A DNA stretch of 64,000 bases, from assembly GCA_963665615.2 (NCBI GenBank), contig CAXXQE010000006.1, positions 434,001 to 498,000 on the forward strand, read 5' to 3'. The notes under the pieces were generated by a model. It had not been told where the DNA came from, made no database searches, and worked only from the letters and a program-made list of their open reading frames with translations. Source of the stretch: Syntrophales bacterium (GTDB taxonomy: Bacteria; Desulfobacterota; Syntrophia; Syntrophales; UBA4778). A program made the position numbers and the translations under genes. Numbering within the stretch: position 1 is the stretch's first letter; each line of letters starts with the position of its first letter. Below, piece after piece: positions 20,551-30,589 of this stretch.

Positions 20551-22827
20551 CTGCAGCCGCAGCCTCAGCGAATTGCCAACCACCGACACCGAACTCAGCG
20601 CCATGGCCGCCGCCGCATAAACGGGGTTCAGAAGGACGCCCCAGACGGGATACAGGATGCCCGCGGCAATGGGAATGCCGACGGTGTTGTAGATAAAGGC
20701 CCAGAAGAGATTCTGCCGGATGGCCCGAACGGTCTTGCAGGACAGCCGGATTGCTGCGGGCACGCCCTGCAGATCGTCTCGGATCAGCGTGATGTCGCCC
20801 GTCTCGATGGCAACGTCGGTTCCGGTCCCCAGCGCCATGCCGACATCAGCGGCGGCAAGCGCCGGGGCGTCATTGATGCCGTCCCCTACCATTGCTACGA
20901 CCTGGCCTCCTGCCTGGAGGCCCCGGATCGCGGCTGCCTTGTCGCCGGGAAGGACCTCTGCCAGGACCACTTCGATGCCGATTGCGTGCGCGATGGCCTC
21001 GGCCGTTCGCCGGTTGTCACCGGTGATCATCAGGACCTTCAGTCCCATCGAGCGCAGATCGGCAACGGTCTTCGAGGCCGTGTTCTTCGCCTCGTCACGC
21101 AAGGCCAGGCAACCCTGAAGCACACCATTTCTCGCCAGCAGGACAACCGTCTTGCCCTCATCGGTCAGACGTTCAACGGCCTCCTGCAGGCCATTCATCG
21201 CAATGCCGCTCGCCATGAGCATCCGGGCATTACCGACCAGGCACTCGCCCCCGTTGACAAACGCCCTCGCGCCAGACCCGGCAACGGCCTCGAAGCGCTC
21301 GACGGGCAAGGCTGCCATCCCCTCCATCTCAGACTTCTTGACAATCGCCCGCGCCAGGGGGTGTTCTGAAACTCTCTCGATCGAGGCCGCTGTCTGAAGA
21401 ACCTGCGCTCGATCGCTGTCATTGACCGATAGGACATCGGTCACCTCAGGCTCGCCCCGCGTCAGCGTCCCCGTCTTGTCGAAAACGATCGTTGTCAGGC
21501 GACAGGTCTTTTCAAGGATCTCGCCTCCCTTGATAAGGATACCCTTCTCCGCCCCCAGGCCGGTACCGACCATCACGGCCGTCGGCGTCGCGAGCCCCAT
21601 AGCGCAGGGACAGGCGATGATCAGGACAGACACAAAGTTGAGGAGCGCCCGAGGAAAATCGTGACCGGGCACGACAGCATACCAGATCGCAAGGGTGAGG
21701 AACGCAATCCCAATGACCGTGGGAACAAAAACGGCGGCAACCCGGTCGGCAATCCGTTGGATGGGGGCTTTTGACCCCTGCGCCTCTTCGACCATGCGGA
21801 TGATTCGCGCCAGCGCCGTATCCGCACCGACCCGTGTAGCCCGGACGGTAAGGCTGCCGCTCACGTTGATCGTTGCGCCAAAGACCTCACTGTCCTTTTC
21901 CTTGGCAACCGGGACACTTTCTCCGGTGAGCATCGATTCGTCCACGACCGAGGAACCGGATTCGACGACACCGTCGGTCGCGACCGCTTCGCCCGGACGG
22001 ACGAGAATCAGATCGCCGGGGATGACCTCCTCAATGGCGACCGCCACTTGGCCGCCGTTACGCAAAAGCAGTGCGGTCTTCGGTTTCAAACCAATCAGGC
22101 GTTTGATGGCGCGCGAGGTGTGTCCCTTGGCGCGGGCCTCGAGCAGTCTCCCCAGCAGAATGAAGGTGATGATGACCGCCGCGCTGTCGTAATAAACATG
22201 GGGTGCGTGGCCGTGAGTCCCGGCAAAAAAGGACGGAAAGAAACTGACGGCCGCCGAGTAGCCGTAAGCGGAGAAAACCCCGACGGCCACCAGGGTGTTC
22301 ATGTCTGAAGTGCGTTGTTTGAAGGCCTTCCAGGCGCCCGTATAAAAACGGCTTCCCGCCCAGAAAACGATCGGCGTGGTCAGAATGAAGAGCGCGTAAC
22401 GCATCGGCTGCAGCGCAATGGCGGCGAGAAAAGGAAACCACTCCTGCATGGTGCCCATGAAGATGATGACACTCAGCACTGCGCCGACAACGAACTTGAT
22501 CGTGAGGTCGCGGATCTCGCGGGTGCGCAACCTTTCGACAGGATCGTCCAGTATCGCCCTTGCCGTCCAGTCCACTGCGCCGAGATAGGCATAGCCTGTG
22601 TCTTCAATGACGCGACGAAGCCCCTCTTCGCCGCCCCAGGCCTCGGCATGCGTGACGGCAGCCCGGCCAGTCGCCAGATTGACCGCCACATCGGTAACGC
22701 CGGGAACCTCCCTGAGCGCCATTTCCACCCGACGCACACAGGCGGCACAGGTCATCCCGCCGATCGAGACGGTCGTCTTCCCCGGAGCCGTTTTCCCGGT
22801 AACGCCACTCTTTTTATCCAACGTCAT
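20533..22827 (-). CDS. copA: Cu(I)-translocating P1B-type ATPase
   Basis: GMTCAAC, CPC, DKTGT, SEHP, GDGINDAP, YN and MALSS. Confidence 0.95.
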   Translation of the reverse strand: MTLDKKSGVTGKTAPGKTTVSIGGMTCAACVRRVEMALREVPGVTDVAVNLATGRAAVTHAEAWGGEEGLRRVIEDTGYAYLGAVDWTARAILDDPVERLRTREIRDLTIKFVVGAVLSVIIFMGTMQEWFPFLAAIALQPMRYALFILTTPIVFWAGSRFYTGAWKAFKQRTSDMNTLVAVGVFSAYGYSAAVSFFPSFFAGTHGHAPHVYYDSAAVIITFILLGRLLEARAKGHTSRAIKRLIGLKPKTALLLRNGGQVAVAIEEVIPGDLILVRPGEAVATDGVVESGSSVVDESMLTGESVPVAKEKDSEVFGATINVSGSLTVRATRVGADTALARIIRMVEEAQGSKAPIQRIADRVAAVFVPTVIGIAFLTLAIWYAVVPGHDFPRALLNFVSVLIIACPCAMGLATPTAVMVGTGLGAEKGILIKGGEILEKTCRLTTIVFDKTGTLTRGEPEVTDVLSVNDSDRAQVLQTAASIERVSEHPLARAIVKKSEMEGMAALPVERFEAVAGSGARAFVNGGECLVGNARMLMASGIAMNGLQEAVERLTDEGKTVVLLARNGVLQGCLALRDEAKNTASKTVADLRSMGLKVLMITGDNRRTAEAIAHAIGIEVVLAEVLPGDKAAAIRGLQAGGQVVAMVGDGINDAPALAAADVGMALGTGTDVAIETGDITLIRDDLQGVPAAIRLSCKTVRAIRQNLFWAFIYNTVGIPIAAGILYPVWGVLLNPVYAAAAMALSSVSVVGNSLRLRLQRVNSK

Positions 22828-23011
22828 ACCCCGCCTTTTTCACGGCCTGCCGGATTGTCTCCTCGGAAACCATCCCATCGTTCTCAAAGCTGGCCTCGCC
22901 CAATTGGAGATCGACCTTAATGTTTTTGAGGCCCCCGATCCCACTGAGGGCCTTCGTCACCGCCATCACGCAGTGCTGGCAAGACATGCCTTTGATCTTG
23001 ATCGTTGCCAT
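22814..23011 (-). CDS. copZ: Copper chaperone (HMA domain)
   Basis: GMSCQHC; overlaps copA start. Confidence 0.9.
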   Translation of the reverse strand: MATIKIKGMSCQHCVMAVTKALSGIGGLKNIKVDLQLGEASFENDGMVSEETIRQAVKKAGYDVG

Positions 23012-23239
23012 GATTGAGTTCCTCCCGTAAAGGCCGTTGCGTATTTCGCTGCTGTTATTTTATTGGTACCATATTTGCCTCTCAAGTCAAGCCGGTGAAA
23101 ACCCTTTTCAGACTTCCGCCTGGCATCTGCCTTCAAAGATCGGTATGATATTATTCTGATGATTAACGAGGTCAAAAAAAGAAATTGGATCTTGTTAATT
23201 GCCCGAGCGATCATTAAGGGCAACAGAGGAGCCTCACAT

Positions 23240-23755
23240 ATGCCTGTAAACAGACCGCATCACTTGAAAATCGGGGCGAGATCGATACCGCAGGCTGCCG
23301 GCCTCAAGCTCGTCGCTCTCTTCGAGGGGGGCAAGGGACTTCTAGTACTTGCAGCTGGTTGCGGACTGTTGCTGTTCATCCATCGGGATCTTCATCAGGT
23401 GGCCGCAGAACTGACCGGTTTCATGCACCTCAATCCGGCCAACCGATATCCCCGAATCTTTCTGGATCTTGCAGATCGCATCCACGACGCGAATCTTTGG
23501 ACCATGGCCGGTGCAGCAGCCCTGTATGCGGCAGCACGACTTGTCGAGGGGATCGGTCTTTGGCTCGGCCGGCGCTGGGCGGAGTGGTTTGGTTTTTTGA
23601 GCGGCGCGATGTACCTGCCCCTGGAGGTATATGAGTTGAGCAAGGGGCTCTCCAGACCGAAGGTTATCCTCTTTGCGCTGAATCTCCTGATCGTCGGATA
23701 TCTGCTGAATGTGCTGCTGCACCGCCGGACGACCTACCGCTTCGAAGGGGAATAA
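23240..23755 (+). CDS. DUF2127 family membrane protein
   Basis: ALFEGGKG, EGIGLW...WAEWF, YLPLEVYEL. Confidence 0.75.
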   Translation: MPVNRPHHLKIGARSIPQAAGLKLVALFEGGKGLLVLAAGCGLLLFIHRDLHQVAAELTGFMHLNPANRYPRIFLDLADRIHDANLWTMAGAAALYAAARLVEGIGLWLGRRWAEWFGFLSGAMYLPLEVYELSKGLSRPKVILFALNLLIVGYLLNVLLHRRTTYRFEGE

Positions 23756-23811
23756 CATATAGTTCGAATGAAGGTGCAACGTCAGGCAACCTGCAACTTG
23801 ACGTTCCTGGA

Positions 23812-24174
23812 TCAGCCCAGGAAGAGCATTCTAACGCCAATCGCGATGAGGACAGCGCCGAAGATTCGGGTCAGCATCACCGTCGGCAGGCGAAGCGCCA
23901 GATCGGCGCCAAATATGCTGCCCACTAGAAAGCCGATACAGATCAGCGCGGCAGTCTTAATATCGACAAACCCCTGACGATAGTAGGCCCAGACGGCCAG
24001 CGCTCCCAACGGCGGGAGCAGAAGCGCCAGGGTCGTCCCCTGGGCGAGTTGCTGGGAAAACCCGAAAAAGAGCACGAGGACCGGAACGATAATGATCCCG
24101 CCGCCGATCCCGATCAGTCCGCTCAGTACGCCGGCCAATACGCCAAGGCCGATCAGGGCCAAGATAGGTGCCAT
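23812..24174 (-). CDS. TSUP (TauE/SafE) family permease, half-size
   Basis: GVLSGLIGIGGGIIIVP, AQGTTL. Confidence 0.85.
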   Translation of the reverse strand: MAPILALIGLGVLAGVLSGLIGIGGGIIIVPVLVLFFGFSQQLAQGTTLALLLPPLGALAVWAYYRQGFVDIKTAALICIGFLVGSIFGADLALRLPTVMLTRIFGAVLIAIGVRMLFLG

Positions 24175-24249
24175 CGCTATTGCCTTTTCTCCGGGTTCTA
24201 TTTTGACTTTTTTCTGTTCTATTCAGTTTTTCAGGCGGCGTCAAACAAT

Positions 24250-24442
24250 ATTCCTAAGGAAAGGGTTCATTATGATCCGCTCGCGCTCCCTTGCAACAAG
24301 TTGCAAGGGTTACACTCGCTGCCGAATTGAAGACACCCCGCGATATCGCGGAGCGTCTCCGATTCCCAGGGAAAAAGCTCATCATGATCCGCTCGCGCTC
24401 CCTTGCAACAAGTTGCAAGGGTTACACTCGCTGCCGAATTCA
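24250..24442 (+). repeat. Tandem family B elements (partial 24250-24331 plus full 24327-24442)
   Basis: Identical 57-bp direct repeat at 24272-24328 and 24384-24440 containing hairpin cccttgcaac-aa-gttgcaaggg. Confidence 0.85.
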
Positions 24443-24618
24443 GTTGACGATGCGGAAAATTTATCATAATTTTAGTACCTCCGGCACGGCAGCTAAATCG
24501 TCCCTTGGTCGATAACGGCCGCTCGGCAAGTTGAAGCGCCCGTCGGGATTGCCTCACGCTCCATTGCAGGCGGCCTCTTTGCCCCGTTTAACATTATGAT
24601 TCAAAGAAGGAGGAAACC

Positions 24619-25233
24619 ATGAGTACGCAAGCTTTTTACAATCTGCCCCCCCTCCCGTACGGCAACAAGGACCTGGAACCCTTCATCTCTGAAGAGCAAT
24701 TGACGCTCCATCACGACAAACACCATCAAGCCTATGTCACGGGCGCCAATGCCATTCTGGAGAACTTAGACAAGGCGCGCAAGGAAGGGGGCGATCTCGA
24801 CATGAAGGCCACACTCAAGGAGTTGTCCTTCCATATCGGCGGACACCTCCTCCACTCGCTTTTCTGGAAGAACCTGGCCCCCCAGGGAAAGGGCGGCGGC
24901 GCCCCCACCGGCATTCTGGCCAATGCGATCGACAGGGAGTTCGGCAACTTCGAGCGCTTCCAGAAGGAGTTCACTCAGGCGGCCGTCAGCGTCGAAGGCT
25001 CCGGATGGGCGGTGCTCAGTTTCTGCATGCAGACCAACAGGCCGATCATCATGCAAATCGAAAAGCACAACACCAACGTGTACCCGATGTTCCGTATCCT
25101 GATGGTCCTCGATCTCTGGGAGCACGCCTATTATCTCGATTACAAGAATCTACGCCCAAAATTCATAGAGGCTTTCTGGAATATCGTCAACTGGGAAGAG
25201 ATCAATAGCCGTCTCGTCGCCCTGTTGAAATAG
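24619..25233 (+). CDS. sod: Fe/Mn superoxide dismutase
   Basis: [36 protein letters not shown]. Confidence 0.95.
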   Translation: MSTQAFYNLPPLPYGNKDLEPFISEEQLTLHHDKHHQAYVTGANAILENLDKARKEGGDLDMKATLKELSFHIGGHLLHSLFWKNLAPQGKGGGAPTGILANAIDREFGNFERFQKEFTQAAVSVEGSGWAVLSFCMQTNRPIIMQIEKHNTNVYPMFRILMVLDLWEHAYYLDYKNLRPKFIEAFWNIVNWEEINSRLVALLK

Positions 25234-25247
25234 ATCCATTCGTTGAT

Positions 25248-25283
25248 CCGGGGATGAGCGCTGCCATCGGCGTTCATCCCCGG
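25248..25283 (+). terminator. Hairpin between sod and glk
   Basis: ccggggatgagcg...cgttcatccccgg; lacks clear U-tract. Confidence 0.4.
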
Positions 25284-25317
25284 TCCCTGACAAACCGCTT
25301 CAGACCAAAGGAAACCG

Positions 25318-26316
25318 ATGACCATGCTGCTAGCCGCGGATATTGGCGCAACGAAGACAGTCCTTGCCTTGTTCACCCCTGAAAATGGTCCCCGTCACCC
25401 GATTATCGAAAGGGAATTGGCGACCGCAGACTATCTCCACGTCGATGACCTGGTGCAAACCTTCCTGCGGGAAGTCCACGGACCGATCGACGGCGCCGTC
25501 CTGGGCATCGCCGCACCCGTCAAGGGAGGGCGCGCCACCATGATCAACCTGCCCTGGGTCGCCTCGGAAGGACATCTTAAAGATCTTCTCAAAATCGATC
25601 AGGTACGTCTTCTGAACGACCTCGAGGCGGTAACTCACGCAATTCCCCTTTTGAATAGCGAGGATATACATACCCTGCACCGCGGCGATCCGGAGGCCGA
25701 CGGCGCCATCGCGGTCATCGCGCCCGGCACCGGTCTCGGGGAGGCCTTTCTCCTCAGGGATGGAGAGCGCTATCTGTGCTATCCATCTGAAGGGGGGCAC
25801 GCAGATTTTGCGCCGGTGGGCCTCGTGGAGCTGGAATTGTTGCGCCACCTCGGCGAGAAGTACGACCATGTTAGCTGGGAACGGGTCTGCTCCGGCCCCG
25901 GATTGTTCAATATCTACACCTTCCTTAAAAATAACGGCCTGGCCATTGAGCCTCTCTGGCTGACCCAGCAACTCGCCGATTCCAAGGATCCCTTGCCCAT
26001 CATTGTAAAGGCCGGAATTGATCCGATCGCAGGTTGCCGGATCTGTGAAATGACGCTGGATATCTTTATGTCTATCCTGGGAGCGGAGGCGGGAAACCTG
26101 GCGCTGAAGATTCTGGCAACGGGCGGCATTTACCTGGCAGGCGGCATCCCCCCCCGGATTGTCGATGCGCTGAAGAAAGGGCCGTTTCTAAAACGTCTTC
26201 AGGGCAAGGGACGTGAAAGTTTCGTCGTCTCGGATTTTCCAGTGCACGTTATTCTCAATACCCGAGCCGCCCTGATCGGCGCAGCCGCTTACGGATTAAA
26301 GCACTTTGCGTTATAA
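25318..26316 (+). CDS. glk: Glucokinase
   Basis: ADIGATK, LLNDLEA, APGTGLG, SEGGH, ERVCSGPG, GGI. Confidence 0.92.
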   Translation: MTMLLAADIGATKTVLALFTPENGPRHPIIERELATADYLHVDDLVQTFLREVHGPIDGAVLGIAAPVKGGRATMINLPWVASEGHLKDLLKIDQVRLLNDLEAVTHAIPLLNSEDIHTLHRGDPEADGAIAVIAPGTGLGEAFLLRDGERYLCYPSEGGHADFAPVGLVELELLRHLGEKYDHVSWERVCSGPGLFNIYTFLKNNGLAIEPLWLTQQLADSKDPLPIIVKAGIDPIAGCRICEMTLDIFMSILGAEAGNLALKILATGGIYLAGGIPPRIVDALKKGPFLKRLQGKGRESFVVSDFPVHVILNTRAALIGAAAYGLKHFAL

Positions 26317-26378
26317 GTTCCGGGTGTTGAGTTTAAAAGTCACGGGTGACAAATAAAGAGTAGCCAATATCAGAAAGG

Positions 26379-28103
26379 ATGCTTATGAGCCCTGAAGCAA
26401 CCATCATCCCCGCGACACAACGCATCAGCTTTAACCTGGGAATCTATGACAGCGTTGTTACGGCTATTCTGGCCAGGATGACAGACGACAACATTGCCGC
26501 CCGACTCTGGGCAAAGGACTTCACCCTCTGGAAACCGGAACCGAAGGAGATCGTCAATCGGCTCGGATGGCTGACTATCGCCGAAACCATGACGGACTGC
26601 GTTTCGCGGATGACCGCCGTTGCCGAAAGCGTCTGTGCAGATGGATTCAACCGCATCGTCCTTCTCGGCATGGGCGGATCGAGCCTCGCCCCGGAGGTGC
26701 TCGCCGGGCTCTTTGGCGGCCGCGAGCCCTATCCCCTTCTGACCGTCCTGGACAGCACCGACCCGGCGGTCGTCGCAACCTGCACGGCCTCTGGCGATCT
26801 GCTGCGGACTCTCTTCATCGTCTCCAGTAAATCGGGCGATACCGTCGAGACGGCTTCCCTGTTCCGCTATTTCTATCGACTGCTCTGCAAAGAGGTCGGC
26901 CCGGAGCGTGCCGCGAAAAACTTTATTGCGATCACCGATCACGGCAGCCAGCTCGAGGCCAACGCCCGTCGGCTCGGCTTCCGAGATATCTTCCTGAACG
27001 ATCCTGATATCGGAGGCCGCTACTCGGCCTTGTCTTATTTCGGCCTCCTGCCGGCGACCCTGGTGGGCGTGGATGTCATGGCGCTGCTGGATCGGACGAT
27101 GGATGCCATGCACGACTGCGACCCCGAACGTCCCGTTGCCGAGAATCCTGCGAGCCGACTGGGCGCCGCCCTGGGCGCACTGGCCCTGGCCGGTCGGGAC
27201 AAGCTCACGCTCCTGTCCCACAGTGCCCTGACCGGGTTCGGCGATTGGCTCGAACAACTCGTGGCGGAAAGCACAGGCAAGGAGGGCATCGGCATCCTGC
27301 CCGTGGTCGGTGAAGCTGTCGCCGCACCGGAAGACTACAGCCCGGATCGCGTTTTCCTCCACCTGCGATTGCCGCAAGACAACGGCCACGAACCACTCAT
27401 CGCACAACTGGCTGCGGCGGGGCATCCCGTCATCGAGATCGCTTGCCGCGATTTCTACGACATCGGGTATCTCTTCTTCCTGTGGGAAATGGCGACGGCA
27501 GTGGCCGGCATCCCACTCAAGATCAATCCCTTTGACCAGCCCAATGTCGAGTCGGCCAAGGTTCTCGCGCGAACGATGGTAGAGGCTTTTTTGAGGAGCC
27601 GCACGCTGGCATCCGATCAACCCGTCGCCGCTGAGGGCAACCTCGCTGCTTACGGGATGGTGGGAGGCGCGACGCCGGAGGGCGTCCTATCGGCCTTCCT
27701 GGCCGAGGCCAAGCCGGGCGATTATGTCGCCATTCAGGCCTTCTTGCCCTTTTCGCAAGATACTGATGAACGGCTCCGTCGTCTGCGCACCGGGCTGCGC
27801 GACCGTTACCGGATCGTTGTCACCAGCGGATACGGACCCCGCTATCTTCACTCCACCGGACAACTCCACAAGGGGGACCGGGGCAACGGCCTATTCATCC
27901 AGTTGACAGCGGATTCCGCCAACGACGTCCCCATCCCCGACGATCCCGACAAAGAAGGCTCCTCCATTACCTTCGGGATTCTCAAAAACGCCCAGGCCAT
28001 CGGGGATCGCCAGGCGCTCGTCAATGCCGGACGGCGCGTCGTTCGCTTCCACCTGGGAAACGACATCGCGGGAGGATTGGACACGCTGATAAAGGCAGTT
28101 TAA
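26379..28103 (+). CDS. pgi: Glucose-6-phosphate isomerase (type seen in Tal-Pgi fusions)
   Basis: GMGGSSL, SSKSG, IGGRYSALS, EQLVAESTGK, NPFDQPNVE, HSTGQLHKG. Confidence 0.88.
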   Translation: MLMSPEATIIPATQRISFNLGIYDSVVTAILARMTDDNIAARLWAKDFTLWKPEPKEIVNRLGWLTIAETMTDCVSRMTAVAESVCADGFNRIVLLGMGGSSLAPEVLAGLFGGREPYPLLTVLDSTDPAVVATCTASGDLLRTLFIVSSKSGDTVETASLFRYFYRLLCKEVGPERAAKNFIAITDHGSQLEANARRLGFRDIFLNDPDIGGRYSALSYFGLLPATLVGVDVMALLDRTMDAMHDCDPERPVAENPASRLGAALGALALAGRDKLTLLSHSALTGFGDWLEQLVAESTGKEGIGILPVVGEAVAAPEDYSPDRVFLHLRLPQDNGHEPLIAQLAAAGHPVIEIACRDFYDIGYLFFLWEMATAVAGIPLKINPFDQPNVESAKVLARTMVEAFLRSRTLASDQPVAAEGNLAAYGMVGGATPEGVLSAFLAEAKPGDYVAIQAFLPFSQDTDERLRRLRTGLRDRYRIVVTSGYGPRYLHSTGQLHKGDRGNGLFIQLTADSANDVPIPDDPDKEGSSITFGILKNAQAIGDRQALVNAGRRVVRFHLGNDIAGGLDTLIKAV

Positions 28104-28104
28104 A

Positions 28105-28248
28105 GCGGCTGACGCCGCAGTGACGAGTGACAAGCGACAAGAGAAAAACATATTTGCAGCGCAACGTTGCCACTGCATGCACACGGTGTCCGAAGACAGT
28201 TGCATGGACTGCACAGACTTGTTACTCGTTACTTGTGACTTGTCACTA
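28105..28248. repeat. Hairpin cap plus inverted 7-mer arrays bracketing a ~75-nt core
   Basis: gcggctgacgccgcagtgacgagtgacaagcgacaag...cttgttactcgttacttgtgacttgtcac. Confidence 0.8.
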
Positions 28249-28257
28249 TAAAAAACA

Positions 28258-30345
28258 ATGAACCGACTGAAAGACGAAAAGAGTCCCTATCTCCTTCAAC
28301 ACGTCGACAATCCCGTTGACTGGTATCCCTGGTGCGATGCGGCCTTCGACGCCGCCCGGGAACTGGACCGTCCGGTCTTTCTGTCTGTCGGCTATGCCAC
28401 CTGCCACTGGTGCCATGTCATGGCGCGCGAGTCCTTCCGCGATCCGGAGGTGGCCGCCTTACTGAACGACGCCTTCATCTGCATCAAGGTCGATCGGGAG
28501 GAGCGCCCCGACATCGACAACGTCTATATGTCCGTCTGCCGGATCGTGACAGGCGGGGGCGGCTGGCCCCTCACAATCCTCATGACCCCGGAACGCAAAC
28601 CCTTCTTCGCGGGGACATACATCCCCAAGTACGGACGCTTCGGCCATCACGGCATGATGGAACTGATCCCTGCGGTTGTTAAGCTGTGGCAGAGCCGACG
28701 CGCGGAACTCTTCGAAAACGCCGAGCAGATTCTTCAAACCGTCTCATCGCTCGATCGCGTTATGGCGGCGGAGGGAAATCGCCGCGTCGATCACGCCGCG
28801 CTCATCGAAGGCGCCTTCGAAGAGCTGCAAAGCCGATTCGACACCCAGGAAGGCGGCTTCGGCGGTGCGCCGAAATTTCCGATGCCGCACACCCTGAGCT
28901 TCCTGCTGCGCTGCTGGAAGCACGCCGGATCGGCGCAAGCTCTGGCGATGGTCGAAACGACCCTGCAAAAAATGCGACAGGGCGGCATCTTCGATCAGGC
29001 GGGGCTCGGATTCCACCGCTATGCAACCGACCGGGCATGGCGCGTCCCGCACTTTGAAAAGATGCTCTACGATCAGGCGCTCCTCGCCATCGCTTATACC
29101 GAGGCCTTTCAGGCCACGGGCCGCAAGGAATACGCCCAAACGGTCCGCGAGATCCTGAGCTATGTCACACGCCGCCTGACCGCGCCAGAGGGCGGCTTCT
29201 TTTGCGCGGAGGACGCGGAGAGCGAGGGGGAAGAGGGCAAGTTCTATCTCTGGACCGAAGCCGCCGTCCGGGCGACACTCCCCCCTGACGCCGCCAATCT
29301 GATTATTCGCGTTTTCAATGTGGAGCCTCACGGCAATTTCTCCGCAGAAACAGCGGAAACCACGACGGACGAAAACATCCTCTATCGCACCCGCGCGATT
29401 GAAGAACTGGCAGTCGCCGAAAAAACGACACCGGAGCGTTTCACCAAGCGACTCGACGCCGCATTGCGCCTCCTCGAAAAGGCCCGCGATCTCAGAATCC
29501 GCCCGCAGTGCGACGACAAGATCCTGACCGATTGGAACGGCCTCATGATTGCCGCATTCGCCCAAGCGGCGCGGGTTTTCAACGAGCCCGCCTGGCTCGA
29601 TGCCGCCACGCGCGCCGCCAAGTTCATCCTGGCAGCCATGCGGACAAACGACGGCCGCCTGCTGCATCGCTACCGGCTCGACGAGGCAGCCATTGCCGCC
29701 TTTCTCGACGACTACGCCTTTTTCGTCTGGGGGCTTATTGAAGTCTATGAGGCAGGCTTTGACGCCGCACACCTGAAAATGGCTCTGGACTTAACCGACC
29801 GGATGATCCCGCTTTTTCAGGATCCCGACCAGGGCGGATTTTTCTTCTCTGCCGCGGATGCGACCGATATCCCCCTGCGCAAGAAGGAGATCTACGACGG
29901 GGCCATTCCCTCCGGCAACGCCGTCGCCATGATGAACCTCCTCCGACTCGCACGCCTGACCGGCCGCACCGACCTGGAAGACGAGGCAGCAGCCCTTGCC
30001 CGCAGCGTCACCGGCGAGATTGCCCATATGCCCTCGGCCTACTGCAGCCTGCTCATGGGCCTGGATCTGGCCGCAGCCTCTTCGCAAGAGATCGTCATCG
30101 TCGGCCCCAGACAGGCGCCTGACACGCAGCAATTGCTAGCCGCTCTCACAAACCGTTTTCTACCGTTCAGCGTCGTCCTTCTCAAACCGACCGACACGTC
30201 GGACGACGTCGCCGCCCTGGCCCCCTTCACCGAGGCCATGATGCCCTTGAACGGCCGCGCCACCGCCTACATCTGCACCGCCAAAAGCTGCAAACAACCC
30301 GTAACAACGGTTGAGGAACTGATAAAGAATCTTGACGTTGCGTGA
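28258..30345 (+). CDS. YyaL/SSP411 (DUF255) thioredoxin-domain protein
   Basis: [45 protein letters not shown]. Confidence 0.92.
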   Translation: MNRLKDEKSPYLLQHVDNPVDWYPWCDAAFDAARELDRPVFLSVGYATCHWCHVMARESFRDPEVAALLNDAFICIKVDREERPDIDNVYMSVCRIVTGGGGWPLTILMTPERKPFFAGTYIPKYGRFGHHGMMELIPAVVKLWQSRRAELFENAEQILQTVSSLDRVMAAEGNRRVDHAALIEGAFEELQSRFDTQEGGFGGAPKFPMPHTLSFLLRCWKHAGSAQALAMVETTLQKMRQGGIFDQAGLGFHRYATDRAWRVPHFEKMLYDQALLAIAYTEAFQATGRKEYAQTVREILSYVTRRLTAPEGGFFCAEDAESEGEEGKFYLWTEAAVRATLPPDAANLIIRVFNVEPHGNFSAETAETTTDENILYRTRAIEELAVAEKTTPERFTKRLDAALRLLEKARDLRIRPQCDDKILTDWNGLMIAAFAQAARVFNEPAWLDAATRAAKFILAAMRTNDGRLLHRYRLDEAAIAAFLDDYAFFVWGLIEVYEAGFDAAHLKMALDLTDRMIPLFQDPDQGGFFFSAADATDIPLRKKEIYDGAIPSGNAVAMMNLLRLARLTGRTDLEDEAAALARSVTGEIAHMPSAYCSLLMGLDLAAASSQEIVIVGPRQAPDTQQLLAALTNRFLPFSVVLLKPTDTSDDVAALAPFTEAMMPLNGRATAYICTAKSCKQPVTTVEELIKNLDVA

Positions 30346-30589
30346 TTGCCATATCCACGATAAATTCATGTAAATAAATATAGTTACATTCTTCCCGCCT
30401 TCCTTTGACCTCAACCCTCCGAGGTACCGACATGCCTCTCCAGCTGGTCATCAATTCCAGATATGGAAAAAATGCCGAACATATTATTGCTTTTTTATGT
30501 AAGTAAATATATGTAAGTTTTCGACAAGAAATATTGTTTTAAAAATAAGATTAAGAGACGTATTCACCAAAGAAAGGTGGCATACAATA

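Noticed and set aside
24272..24440. Two identical 57-bp palindromic repeats with a 55-bp spacer, resembling a mini-CRISPR
   Set aside because: Repeat is too long, there are only two units, no cas genes, and the spacer is itself the left part of the dispersed family B element.
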